A stretch of 64,000 bases of DNA from assembly GCA_003214855.1 (NCBI GenBank), contig QCLC01000005.1, positions 2,211 to 66,210 of the forward strand, given 5' to 3'. Origin of the DNA: Prochlorococcus sp. AG-412-I05. Its GTDB lineage: Bacteria; Cyanobacteriota; Cyanobacteriia; PCC-6307; Cyanobiaceae. Position 1 is the first letter of the stretch. Every line of letters begins with the position of its first letter. The position numbers and the translations under genes are program-made. Below are positions 42,261 to 52,338 of the stretch, in pieces. The notes beneath the pieces are model-generated. The model did not search any database, had not been told where the DNA came from, and saw only the letters and a list, made by a program, of their open reading frames with translations.

Positions 42261-43020
42261 TTGAAGTGTGGCCCACCAATTCAGTCCTCTCGCTGCCATT
42301 TATTCCACCCCGATGCCCACGTGACACAACAGGGACAACTTCGACTTGTGATCCTGCTCATTTAGCAAGGCCGCAGCATGGCCGAAAACGCTTCTGAGAA
42401 CAGGATTCAATCTAGAATGTATCTATAGCTGACTGGCCCACTGCTATCGCTCAGGCGGACTCCCTTTTCTGGCAGATCGCCGCAGTGAGCTCCTCACTCA
42501 GCATCGGATACTTGATCCGCAGCAACTTTACAAAGCGATTGCCCTTCGTCATCAACGCCTGCACTTGCGTCATATTTCCCATCTGCTACTGGCTCCCCTT
42601 CTCCACCGTGGCCAGAACACTCAGTAGTCTGGGCCTTCAGGCTAAGCCCAAGGCTTATCTAAAGCGATTATCAATGGAAGCTCCCTGCCGATATGTTCCA
42701 AATCCACGTCAAGACGCTGGTCAGGATCCGAAAGCTGGGATACCGGATCATTGCAGACCATCTAAAGGGACGCTCCTACGGCCTCGGTTACGAGAAAAGT
42801 CCGCATCGCGGGGATGACGCCAAACGGCTCTCCTACGTCTAGTTCCTTGACGATGAGGCCTTGGCCCACTGAGTAGAAAGCCAAGTGCAGATGTTTGATG
42901 ACTATCGATAGCAGGAATTAGAAGCAGGTCGATGTCCATTCCCTCTAGAGGTCCTCGAAAACGCCACCCAGCCAAATATCACGTACATGGCCACTGCTAC
43001 CAGAAAACCCTCGACTGTTT
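42261..43020 (+). mobile_element. IS481-family transposase relic (pseudogenised)
   Basis: Across frames: HPDAHVTQQGQLRLV, YRSGG, LADRRS...LDPQQL...LRHQRLHLRHI, PFSTVARTLSSLGL, IHVKTLVRIRKLGYRI, GRSYGLGYEK, DDAKRLSYV. Matches the IS481 layout typical of picocyanobacteria; ends approximate. Confidence 0.8.
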
Positions 43021-43758
43021 GTTATCGGTGGATCAATAAACGTCTATAGTGATTAATAGTGTCTGAGGTAGAAGACAGTAAAGTAGGCTGTTGCAGCATG
43101 GCAGACTATTTAGATGTGAAGTTGATTACTTTGCTCATTCATGCCATGTTACTCAGAAGTCAATGTCTCGCTTGGGCTAAGCCCCTCCAAACCACTGGTT
43201 AGTGGACAAAGTTTTATTCTTACAGCAACCAGATCAGCGCTTTGAGCGATCACAGCATTCTTGACCTGGCAAAGTTTTTGCGAGCGTTTATTTTATGGCG
43301 ACTTCACTCACCCTCCCCGCTCAATTGTCCGAAGCGTAATTTCGATATAGCAATGCCCACGCTGCTTACGTGTGTGGTGCCGCTAAATAGCGCAGTTAAT
43401 CCCATGGAAACGAACAGCCCTATGCCTCGAAGAAGGCGAGACATCGGTTAACCTTGCATGATGGAGTCGATTTAATTATATTAAATTTTAGAGCCATAAG
43501 GACTAGAGAATGTTTTTCTGTAAATTACTGTCTCGTGAATACTCCAATATGCATATTACCAGTTCAGGCAACCAAGGTCCAGTACTAGCATTTGATTATG
43601 ACCTCCTCAAAAATCACACAGACCGTGTATGTGTACGTGCTGGCTATTGGCCTGCAAAAGAGCGCCTTACATTAAACAGTCCTCAAGAATCATGGCAACT
43701 TTGAAGCGATGCCCTCAAGGTTACTGCTCTCAAGAACGTTGATTGTAAGAGTTTAAAA

Positions 43759-44535
43759 ATGCTTAGAACAAAGTTGAAGGCCAAGCTGAAGGCGGGGGAA
43801 CTTTCTCTTGGCACTTGGATCACATTGGGGAATGCCGCGATCGCAGAGATCTTCTCCAGGGCTGGATACGACTGGGTTGTTGTCGATCTGGAACATTCCA
43901 CAATCTCCATTGATCAGGCCGGGGAGCTGATCCGAACCATCGAATTGGCCGGGGCATCGCCCTTGGTTCGGCTCACATCCAACGACAAGAATCTGATCAA
44001 GAGGGTGATGGATGCGGGAGCTCATGGCGTAGTGGTGCCTAACGTCAATACCTCTCAGGAAGCCAGCAAAGCGGTAGCCGCCACACGCTATGCCCCACTT
44101 GGTCACCGGGGGGTAGGGCTAGCTAGAGCCCAGCATTACGGCCCAGGGTTCAGTGAATATCTTGATTGGCAAAGAGATGGTCCCATTGTGATCGTTCAAA
44201 TCGAAGATCAGGCCGCACTGGATCACCTCGAAGCGATTTTCACCACCCAAGGTGTTGATGGCTTCATCATTGGACCCTACGATCTGTCCTGCTCTATGGG
44301 TTTCCCCGGAGAGTTTAAACGTCGCGATTTTCTCGCGGCGATGAAACACATCCTGTCCACTGGTCAGCGCTTGGGCTGCCCACCCGGCCTTCATATAGTG
44401 GAACCTAAACCGGTTCTCCTCAGCCAAGCCATTAACGATGGTTATCGCTTCATCGCCTACAGCGTGGACATCCGCATGCTGGATGTCGCTGCCAGGGCTG
44501 GTTTTTTGGTTAACGAGCAGAACCGGAAAGCATGA
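43759..44535 (+). CDS. HpcH/HpaI class II pyruvate aldolase
   Basis: DWVVVDLEHS, KRVMDAGAHG, GHRGVG, IVQIE, IIGPYDLS. Confidence 0.92.
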   Translation: MLRTKLKAKLKAGELSLGTWITLGNAAIAEIFSRAGYDWVVVDLEHSTISIDQAGELIRTIELAGASPLVRLTSNDKNLIKRVMDAGAHGVVVPNVNTSQEASKAVAATRYAPLGHRGVGLARAQHYGPGFSEYLDWQRDGPIVIVQIEDQAALDHLEAIFTTQGVDGFIIGPYDLSCSMGFPGEFKRRDFLAAMKHILSTGQRLGCPPGLHIVEPKPVLLSQAINDGYRFIAYSVDIRMLDVAARAGFLVNEQNRKA

Positions 44536-45305
44536 TCAAGGCGATCGGTATTGTTCCTGCGCGTATGGGGTCAAGCCGCTTCCCCGGTAAACCCATGGCG
44601 CCCCTGTTGGGCATGCCTATGGTCGGTCATTGTTACCACCGCACACGTCTAGCTCCTGGTCTTTCTGCAGCCTATGTGGCTACCTGCGATGAACCCATTG
44701 CCGACTATTTAGCCGAAATCGGCGGACGAGCATTAATGACCGCCTCCACCCACAACCGCGCCAGCACCCGCACGGCCGAGGCATTTGAGATTATCGAACG
44801 GGAGACCGCTGAGCAGATCGACGTGGTAGTGATGGTTCAAGGCGACGAACCGCTGATCACGCCCGAAATTATCGGTGAGACCCTGCGGCATTTCACTGAC
44901 CCAACAGTGGGCATTGTCAATGTGATGTCCAGGCTGCGCACACTTGAAGCATTTATGGATAGAAACAACGTCAAAGTGGTCGTCGATCGCAACAGCAATG
45001 CTTTGTACTTTTCCCGCGAGCCGATTCCCTCACCCTGGAAAGGCTGGGAACATCTACCGTGCTTCATGCAAACCGGCATCATCGCCTTCCGGCGCGAAGT
45101 GTTGCAGCAATTCAACGCCATGACAGAGACACCCCTTGAACAATTCGAATCGGTTGACATGAACCGAGTGATTGAAACCGGCGGTGTCGTACGCATGGTG
45201 CCAACCGATGCCTTTACGATTGGCGTAGACACCCCAGAAGAGTTGACCGAGGCGCAGCACCATCTCTTGAATGATCCAACCCTTTCGAGATACATGCGCA
45301 GATGA
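44532..45305 (+). CDS. kdsB: KdsB-family cytidylyltransferase (CMP-ulosonate synthetase)
   Basis: IVPARMGSSRFPGKP, VQGDEP, VKVV, ALYFSREPIP, LEQFESVDMNR, GVDTPEE. Confidence 0.88.
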   Translation: MIKAIGIVPARMGSSRFPGKPMAPLLGMPMVGHCYHRTRLAPGLSAAYVATCDEPIADYLAEIGGRALMTASTHNRASTRTAEAFEIIERETAEQIDVVVMVQGDEPLITPEIIGETLRHFTDPTVGIVNVMSRLRTLEAFMDRNNVKVVVDRNSNALYFSREPIPSPWKGWEHLPCFMQTGIIAFRREVLQQFNAMTETPLEQFESVDMNRVIETGGVVRMVPTDAFTIGVDTPEELTEAQHHLLNDPTLSRYMRR

Positions 45306-46291
45306 AAGAAAACGATATCCGCCCAAAAGCCTTGCTTCAGCGTTATATAAAAATGAGTGCTGAGGACGCCGAACGACACTTTGCAGATAATTTGCGAATA
45401 GACCTCCCCTGCGTGGCCTGCGGCGGGATAGAAAGTGTCCATGCGTTCGATAAACACGGGTTTGGATATTGTCGCTGCAACATCTGCGGCACGCTCTATC
45501 AGAATCCTCGCCCGAGTCAAGCTTTATTTGAGGCCTTTTACCGCAATTCTGAGTCTTCCAGTTACTGGGCTAAGGTTTTTTTTCCAGCAGTTGCAGAAGC
45601 ACGGCGGGAAAAGATCTTTCGACCACGCGTCGAGCGCCTTTCGGCAATGTGTGAAGAGAGTAAAATAAGAGTGGATCGCCTGATCGATGTTGGAGCTGGA
45701 TACGGCCTCATGCTGGAGGAATGGCGTGAGAAATTTCCAGGGGCAAAGTTAGTTGCTATTGAACCCTCAGCAGATTTGGCTGAAAAGTGCCGTCTCAAAG
45801 GTTTTGAAGTTGTCGAAAATATCGTTGAACAAGTTAAACGATACGATGACTTTTCAGATCTGGTGGTTTGTTTTGAAGTTCTTGAGCATGTGTATGAGCC
45901 GCTATCTTTCCTGCAGACCCTTCATCGGCTTACAAGGCCTGGAGGGATGGTGGTTGTAAGTACGTTGTGCATCGACGGATTCGATCTTCAAACCCTTTGG
46001 GAGAAGTCGAATCAGATTTCTCCACCACACCATATTAACTTCCTCTCAGTTGATGGCATTCATCGCCTCTTTTCACGTGCTGGCCTGCAAGATATAAAGG
46101 TAACTACCCCTGGTCTGCTGGATGTAGATATTGTACGCAATGCCTCCCTACAGAATCCGGACATTCTAAACAATCAAAGATTCCTCAAATATCTAATTGA
46201 GGATGACCACAGAGCTAAAATATTTCAGAGATTTCTATCGGTAAACCAACTCAGCTCCCACGCGTGGGTGAGCGCAATTTCACCCGACTAA
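45302..46291 (+). CDS. SAM methyltransferase with N-terminal Zn ribbon
   Basis: CVAC...CNIC; LIDVGAGYG; FEVLEH; PPHHINF. Confidence 0.88.
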   Translation: MKENDIRPKALLQRYIKMSAEDAERHFADNLRIDLPCVACGGIESVHAFDKHGFGYCRCNICGTLYQNPRPSQALFEAFYRNSESSSYWAKVFFPAVAEARREKIFRPRVERLSAMCEESKIRVDRLIDVGAGYGLMLEEWREKFPGAKLVAIEPSADLAEKCRLKGFEVVENIVEQVKRYDDFSDLVVCFEVLEHVYEPLSFLQTLHRLTRPGGMVVVSTLCIDGFDLQTLWEKSNQISPPHHINFLSVDGIHRLFSRAGLQDIKVTTPGLLDVDIVRNASLQNPDILNNQRFLKYLIEDDHRAKIFQRFLSVNQLSSHAWVSAISPD

Positions 46292-46309
46292 TTCCTAAAA
46301 AGTAAGCAG

Positions 46310-47060
46310 ATGGCGAACATCCCTAAAAGAGTTGCAAAGCGAATCATACCCAAATCAATCCAAGGGTATTTAAGGAAAGCCAGCCTAAATAGGGCATTGA
46401 AAAGGCACGATAAGTTATTTTCAAGCAGAAGTACGAATCAGATATTTGCAACAATCTATTCAAAAAGGATGTGGGGCGAAAGCGATCTTGATGCAATTTT
46501 TTCAGGCAATAGCTCTCACGAGCTAGCCCATGTCTCAACATATGTCAAAGCGGTGCAATCATTTTTAGGCCTGTTCGAGCCACCTCTGAATGTAGTTGAT
46601 CTGGGTTGTGGTGATTTCAACATCAGACCTAAAGTCAGATCACTGGCAAAAACCACGTTGCTTGCGATGGTACAGACAAACTACTCGAGAGAAATGGGGA
46701 GCGTTTCTCGGAGATTGGCCTTGATTTCAGAATTCCTGATAGAATTGAAGACCCTTGCCGCCAGGAGAGGTGGCAATGATTCGTCAAGTGTTTCAACATT
46801 CATCAAATAAAGAGATCCAAGAAATTATAGATATGATCCATCAATATAGATATTTAATTTTAAGGAAATATATGCCTGGTTCATTGTTTACACCAAAAAT
46901 CGATCACCCTACTGGAGCCTACTCTCGATTAGCTCGTGGGATAAAAAGCGTGATTGTGCATACAAAACCTCTCGTCAATTTAAGGTTTAGGAATAAAAGA
47001 ATAATTTGCGAAATGCCAGAGCAGACATGTTTTCCGAAGGCCATCCTTTACGAGTCTTAA
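46310..47060 (+). pseudogene. SAM methyltransferase, frameshifted
   Basis: FATIYSKRMWG...SGNSSH...VVDLGCGDFNI in one frame; PPGEVAMIRQVFQH in another. Confidence 0.75.
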
Positions 47061-47063
47061 TTA

Positions 47064-48119
47064 ATGAAACGATTGAAAATCGGTATTGCCGGATACGGAG
47101 TTGTGGGCAAAAGGCGCCGTGATTGCATTGACAAACATCCGAAGATGCATTTAGTAGCAGTTTGTGATCGATTGTATAATGAGAATGGCATCCATCCTGA
47201 TGATATACGCTATTACTCTAACTATCATGATCTGCTAAATGAAGACCTAGACGCTTTATTTGTATGCATGACTAATGATATCGCCCCGGAGGTCACTATT
47301 GCCGCCCTAGAGCGAGGCCTACATGTATTTTGCGAAAAGCCCCCAGGTCGCAGTTTAGAAGACATTAGCCGGGTGATTAACTGCGAGCGCCTGCACCCTG
47401 ATCAACGGCTCATGTACGGCTTCAATCACCGCTACCATGATTCTGTTCAGGACGCGCTGAAGATAGTTCACTCGGGCGCATTGGGAAAAATTATTAACTT
47501 ACGTGGCATTTACGGAAAGTCTAAGATCATCACATTCAACCAATCTGACTGGCGTACAAAACGCAAAATATCAGGAGGTGGAGTGTTACTCGATCAAGGA
47601 ATTCATATGGTTGATTTGATGCGATTGTTCGCTGGTGAGTTCATCCAAGTCCAAAGCATCGTGTCGAATTCTTATTGGGGGTTCGATGTAGAAGATAATG
47701 CCTATGCCCTAATGTGTACTGCAGAAGGCATAGTTGGAATGCTCAATTCATCGGCCACACAATGGCGACATCGTTTTCATCTTGATATCAATTTGGAAAA
47801 AGGTAGTGTTATTCTCGGTGGATTGCTCACAGGTAGCAAAAGCTACGGCGCAGAAACACTAACCGTAGCCATAGTTGATCATGATAATGACAATGGAGAT
47901 CCACGCGAGCAACTTACTCGTTACAATACAGACAAATCGTGGGAACGCGAAATCAATGATTTCGCTACAAGTATCTTAGAAGATAGCGAAATAATTTCTG
48001 GCACTTCACATGATGCCTTTCAAACGATGAAGCTGGTCACTCAAATCTATTACGCAGATCACAATTGGCGAACTCAATTCAACATTTCTGATCCAAATTT
48101 GATCCAATCCCAATACTAA
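47064..48119 (+). CDS. Gfo/Idh/MocA family oxidoreductase
   Basis: IAGYGVVG, HVFCEKP, GFNHRY, GGGVLLDQGIHMVD, VEDNA. Confidence 0.92.
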   Translation: MKRLKIGIAGYGVVGKRRRDCIDKHPKMHLVAVCDRLYNENGIHPDDIRYYSNYHDLLNEDLDALFVCMTNDIAPEVTIAALERGLHVFCEKPPGRSLEDISRVINCERLHPDQRLMYGFNHRYHDSVQDALKIVHSGALGKIINLRGIYGKSKIITFNQSDWRTKRKISGGGVLLDQGIHMVDLMRLFAGEFIQVQSIVSNSYWGFDVEDNAYALMCTAEGIVGMLNSSATQWRHRFHLDINLEKGSVILGGLLTGSKSYGAETLTVAIVDHDNDNGDPREQLTRYNTDKSWEREINDFATSILEDSEIISGTSHDAFQTMKLVTQIYYADHNWRTQFNISDPNLIQSQY

Positions 48120-48129
48120 TTAACCTAAT

Positions 48130-49370
48130 CAACTCTTGAGCGTGGCTTCCAACTGGTTTAAACAAATTTAGATTAGGTACATTCTTTCAGGAATTGGAGC
48201 TTGTGAAACAGGAAGTCTTGTCATCATTTTTCTCGAATCACGCAGATTTGACTTTGCTTTATTTTTCATTGGCAACAATAGTAGTACAAAACTATATGCC
48301 TATTGGTAGCAACTGTGAGGAAACCTGTTTGTTCGCTGTTTGCTGAACCGGTAACGGCACGATAATAGCTGTGATTAGGAAAGACTTCGGCTTCGCCGCC
48401 ATTTTATTTTGTACTAGGCTTGCGAAGCATCTACGTCTATCCGGTTGTGATAATATCTTAACTAGGGAATCATACAATCTGCTCAAAACCTTTGATCATG
48501 CAAGAAAGGCTAGCATAAAGACAGTAGACTAAATATGCTTGATTAGAGCAAAAAAAACAAATCGAACACGAATGCATTCACATACCCATGAGTCCAATAA
48601 GGCAAGGTCCAGGTAAGAGTGCGCTTAGCTTGTTGGATAATTTGACCCGTGTTTCTTTATTCATCAGGACAATAAAGTGATTATTGCCCACAACATTTTG
48701 GACAAAAGCTTTTTGGATTAGTGCTAATAGTGGAATTTTCAAGAAAATCAGTAAAAATTCGCTAACTTTACACAAATGTAATCGGTAAACGAACGAATTC
48801 TACTGACTTTTCAGAGAACCATTGTGCAAAGTTGTTGATTGCTAAATCTCGCATCACCTAAAGGCTTACAAGTGCACGGAGTAGTCAAAGTGTTTCTCAA
48901 AATATTCGATCAGTAAAGCAGGGATTAACAAGGTTGGGGAATTTAAACAGCTTGAGCTTGAAGACTTACGGGGTATCCGCAAGGAAATGTGCTTAAGATT
49001 TTTATTCTCAGCCAATCAGTCATTCCCACAATAAAATTTACAGATCGGGCAGTATCGTTAATATTTTGATGGCTTTGTTAAAAGTTTGGCGAGCAATCTC
49101 CCACCCAATCATGAAAAAGGTTCTCCCACTATGGGTTAATTCTTAACATAGCGGCTTAAAGTGCGCACAACAGCACTCTCGACAACTCTGTAAATCCAGG
49201 GTTCTCGAATGCAGAGATCACAAGGAGGTTGCTTAGCTATAAGCAAATACATGATTGATCGGAGATGGTGCTGATTCATTGAATGGCTACAAGCAATGAG
49301 ATTGCACGGATTCTTATTTGGCTAGCCTGTGATGAGAATAGCTGCATAACAAGCTAATATAAAGAAATCT
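48130..49370 (+). pseudogene. Heavily eroded gene remnants: an SDR oxidoreductase (~48590-49370), possibly preceded by a metal-hydrolase/cyclase-family gene
   Basis: SDR fragments KAGINKVGEFKQLELED (~48915), NSVNPGFSNAEITRRLL (~49185), EIARILIWLACDENS (~49300). The upstream part is only weakly recognisable. Confidence 0.55.
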
Positions 49371-50456
49371 ATGGAGACTTTACTCATGCTTGAGCGCATA
49401 ACTATTAAATCTAATAGTGGCCCATATGATGTGGAATTTGCTCCAAACTTATTAAATAATTTCGTGGCTAGCGAGGAGGGTGTGACGCACTATTTAGTAG
49501 ACAGCAATGTTGCACGTATGTACACAAATCAGCTTGCTAGTGTACTTTCAGACCCCTACACTCTGCTGATAGAAGCGACTGAAGATAATAAGTCAATAGA
49601 TAGCATCATACCAGTCATCGAGCAGTTAGTGAATAACAATTTCAAACGAGATCATTTGTTGCTTGCCATTGGCGGTGGCATTGTTCAAGACATCACTTGT
49701 TTTATTGCAAGTACTCTGCTTCGAGGAGTGGAATGGCGATTCGTACCGACGACGCTTCTAGCTCAAGCAGATTCCTGTATTGGCTCAAAGAGCTCGATCA
49801 ATCTCGGCAATGTTAAAAACATATTAGGGACTTTTTTACCACCTAAAAAAATATGGATCTGCCATGAGTTTCTGAACACCCTTGAACGCAAGGACATTCA
49901 ATCTGGCATTGGTGAGATCCTAAAAGTGCATGCAATCGCTGGCCCTGAGGCATTTGACTTGCTAAAGCAAGACTTTTCGAAGTTGATTTCAGATCGTACA
50001 ACCCTATTGCACTATATAAAGGAAGCTTTGCTGATTAAGCGAAAGTACATCGAAGTTGATGAGTATGACAAAAGTTCACGCAACATTTTTAACTATGGAC
50101 ACAGTTTTGGTCATGCCATAGAGTCAGCCACTAATTTTAGAGTTCCTCACGGAGTGGCAGTAACAATCGGCATGGACATGGCAAATCATATCGCTGTGAT
50201 GCGTGGACACCTACCTGCAGAACACCGTGATCGAATGCATGATGTACTAAGTCAAAATTACTTTGACTTCAAAAATATCCCCATCAACCCAGACTCAATG
50301 ATGAGAGCATTACTGAAGGACAAGAAAAATACAGCTACCGAGTTAATGCTTATCTTTCCAGTTGGAGAGAAAGCTAGTATGCAGCGAGTAAGTGTGGCCC
50401 CTGAAGAAGACTTTTATTCCCAATGTGTACAATTTCTTCAAGGTATTGGAGCATGA
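49371..50456 (+). CDS. AroB-related sugar-phosphate cyclase (3-dehydroquinate synthase superfamily)
   Basis: GGGIVQD, PTTLLAQADSCIGSKSSIN, KNILGTF, GEILKVH, NYGHSFGHAIE, PHGVAV, DKK. Differs from canonical AroB at GGGVIGD/DSSVGGKT. Confidence 0.88.
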   Translation: METLLMLERITIKSNSGPYDVEFAPNLLNNFVASEEGVTHYLVDSNVARMYTNQLASVLSDPYTLLIEATEDNKSIDSIIPVIEQLVNNNFKRDHLLLAIGGGIVQDITCFIASTLLRGVEWRFVPTTLLAQADSCIGSKSSINLGNVKNILGTFLPPKKIWICHEFLNTLERKDIQSGIGEILKVHAIAGPEAFDLLKQDFSKLISDRTTLLHYIKEALLIKRKYIEVDEYDKSSRNIFNYGHSFGHAIESATNFRVPHGVAVTIGMDMANHIAVMRGHLPAEHRDRMHDVLSQNYFDFKNIPINPDSMMRALLKDKKNTATELMLIFPVGEKASMQRVSVAPEEDFYSQCVQFLQGIGA

Positions 50457-51385
50457 ACACAATCGACCGCATCGCTGTATGTTCTCGTTCGTTTTCTAGA
50501 AACCCGTTGTTGCGCAAAGAGCTACTGGCGCGCTATCAGCATGTAAAATTTAATGATGATGGACTCAAATTAGAGGGTGATGATTTAATCGCTTTCCTGA
50601 AGGGTCATAACAAGGCTATTACGGCGCTCGAGAAGATTAACGATGATGTTTTATCTCAATTACCAGATCTAGCAGTGATCGGCAAGTATGGGGTTGGTCT
50701 CGATATGATCGACATAGAGGCGATGCGACACCACGGCAAACGATTAGGATGGACTGGCGGCGTCAACCGTCGATCGGTTTCAGAGATGGTTATCGCGTTA
50801 ATTATTACGATGCTTCGCCATTTCCCTACAGCACATAACGAGGTCCTCAATGGAACCTGGCGGCAGCATGTCGGTGGGCTGTTATCCGGGAGGACTGTCG
50901 GCATCATCGGCTGTGGACATATCGGGAAAGATCTGGCCACGCTCTTACAACCTTGGGGTTGCACCTTGCTAGCAAACGACATTCTGGATTTTCCGGAGTT
51001 TTATGCCGCCAACAAAGTAGAGGCCGTCTCTTTGACCACGCTGTTAAGGCAAGCCGATGTAGTGACGTTACACGTACCCTTGAACGAGACGACCCAAAAC
51101 ATGCTTTCGGCGAAGTACTTGCGACTGATGAAGCCCAGCGCCATACTTATCAATCTTGCACGCGGAGGCTTGGTTGACGAAATTGAGGTAAGGGAAATGC
51201 TCAAGTCCAATCGATTAGGTGCTGCTGCATTTGATGTTTTTCATACTGAACCCCCTGAGGATAAAGAATTATTGAAGCTGCCCAATTTCTTTGTTACCCC
51301 CCACATCGGCGGTAGTGCAGAGGAAGTGATTCTGGCCATGGGGCGTGCGGCAATTGATGGACTGGATTCCAATATTATTCCTTGA
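50453..51385 (+). CDS. D-2-hydroxyacid dehydrogenase (phosphoglycerate dehydrogenase-like, no ACT domain)
   Basis: YGVGLDMID, GIIGCGHIG, LHVP, INLARGGLVDE, TPHIGG. Confidence 0.9.
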   Translation: MNTIDRIAVCSRSFSRNPLLRKELLARYQHVKFNDDGLKLEGDDLIAFLKGHNKAITALEKINDDVLSQLPDLAVIGKYGVGLDMIDIEAMRHHGKRLGWTGGVNRRSVSEMVIALIITMLRHFPTAHNEVLNGTWRQHVGGLLSGRTVGIIGCGHIGKDLATLLQPWGCTLLANDILDFPEFYAANKVEAVSLTTLLRQADVVTLHVPLNETTQNMLSAKYLRLMKPSAILINLARGGLVDEIEVREMLKSNRLGAAAFDVFHTEPPEDKELLKLPNFFVTPHIGGSAEEVILAMGRAAIDGLDSNIIP

Positions 51386-52336
51386 ACATGAAGATTTTAG
51401 AGAATGATCACTTCTACCATATCAATCAGACCATGCAATCAAATATTAAACAGTTGGTCAAAGCTATAGCAAATGGCACAGTTAAATACCTTTCTAGGAG
51501 CAGAGTAGGCGGCTATGTTTGTGAATTAATTCTCAATTCTGCCATGAGCGCAACACAGACTATCAATCATGATCAAATAAAACTTACTTTCTCTACACCC
51601 AATTAACTTACCCGATTTCGTGTTGACACTTGTTCAACCAAAGAACCACAGAAACTCTCAATTGGATCGATACAATGACTGAAGGAGCGGTGTTCTGGGA
51701 TGTCGGCTCCAATATTGGTCTATACAGTTGTTATGCTGCAAAAGCTAGAGGCATACGTGTTTTCGCCTGTGAGCCTTCGGTATTTAACCTAGAGTTGTTG
51801 GCTAAGAATATCTATCTGAATGAACTCGTTGAGAAAGTCGTGATTGTTCCCTTGCCGTTGTCGGACTCAATTAAAACAAGTACATTAAATATGTCTACAA
51901 TGGAATGGGGGGTGCGTTGTCGACATTCGCAGAGGACTACGATGATGATGGTAAAATCCTTGAAATACCCTTCCAATTTAGTTCGGTTGGCCTATCGATG
52001 GATGAGGCGGTGACGCTGCTAAAAATACCCCTTCCGACTTACATCAAAATCGACGTGGATGCGATCGAACATCTGATTTTATCCGGAGGTCAAGCTCTAC
52101 TTCAATACGTCGAAGAAGTGGCTATCGAAGTGAATGAGTCCTTCTCTCATCAAGTCTTAAATGTCCAAAAATACCTTTCGGCTGCCGGGCTGTCATTCAA
52201 GGAGAAAAAGCACTCAGCGATGGTCAAAACGTTGAGAGATGGAGTCGAACATATAACCAAGTCTGGCATAGAGTTAAATATTAAGAATGGCCTACTGCGT
52301 TTAACTGTCATGCCAATAAGACCCAAGTCTTTTTAA
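51382..52336 (+). pseudogene. FkbM-family methyltransferase pseudogene
   Basis: FSTPN*LTRFRVDTCSTKEP / ETLNWID...WDVGSNIGLYS...EPSVFN / GGALSTF...YIKIDVDAIE. One stop and at least two frameshifts, one at the G6 run 51907-51912. Confidence 0.8.
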
Positions 52337-52338
52337 TT

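Noticed and set aside
44837-45520. 227-aa minus-strand ORF and the many other short antisense or overlapping ORFs in the track
   Set aside because: They shadow well-supported genes on the opposite strand or frame and show no recognisable motifs.
49371-50456. Mycosporine (DDGS/mysA) or housekeeping shikimate operon
   Set aside because: No mysB-type O-methyltransferase/ATP-grasp pair and no aroK or other aro genes adjacent; motifs diverge from canonical AroB.
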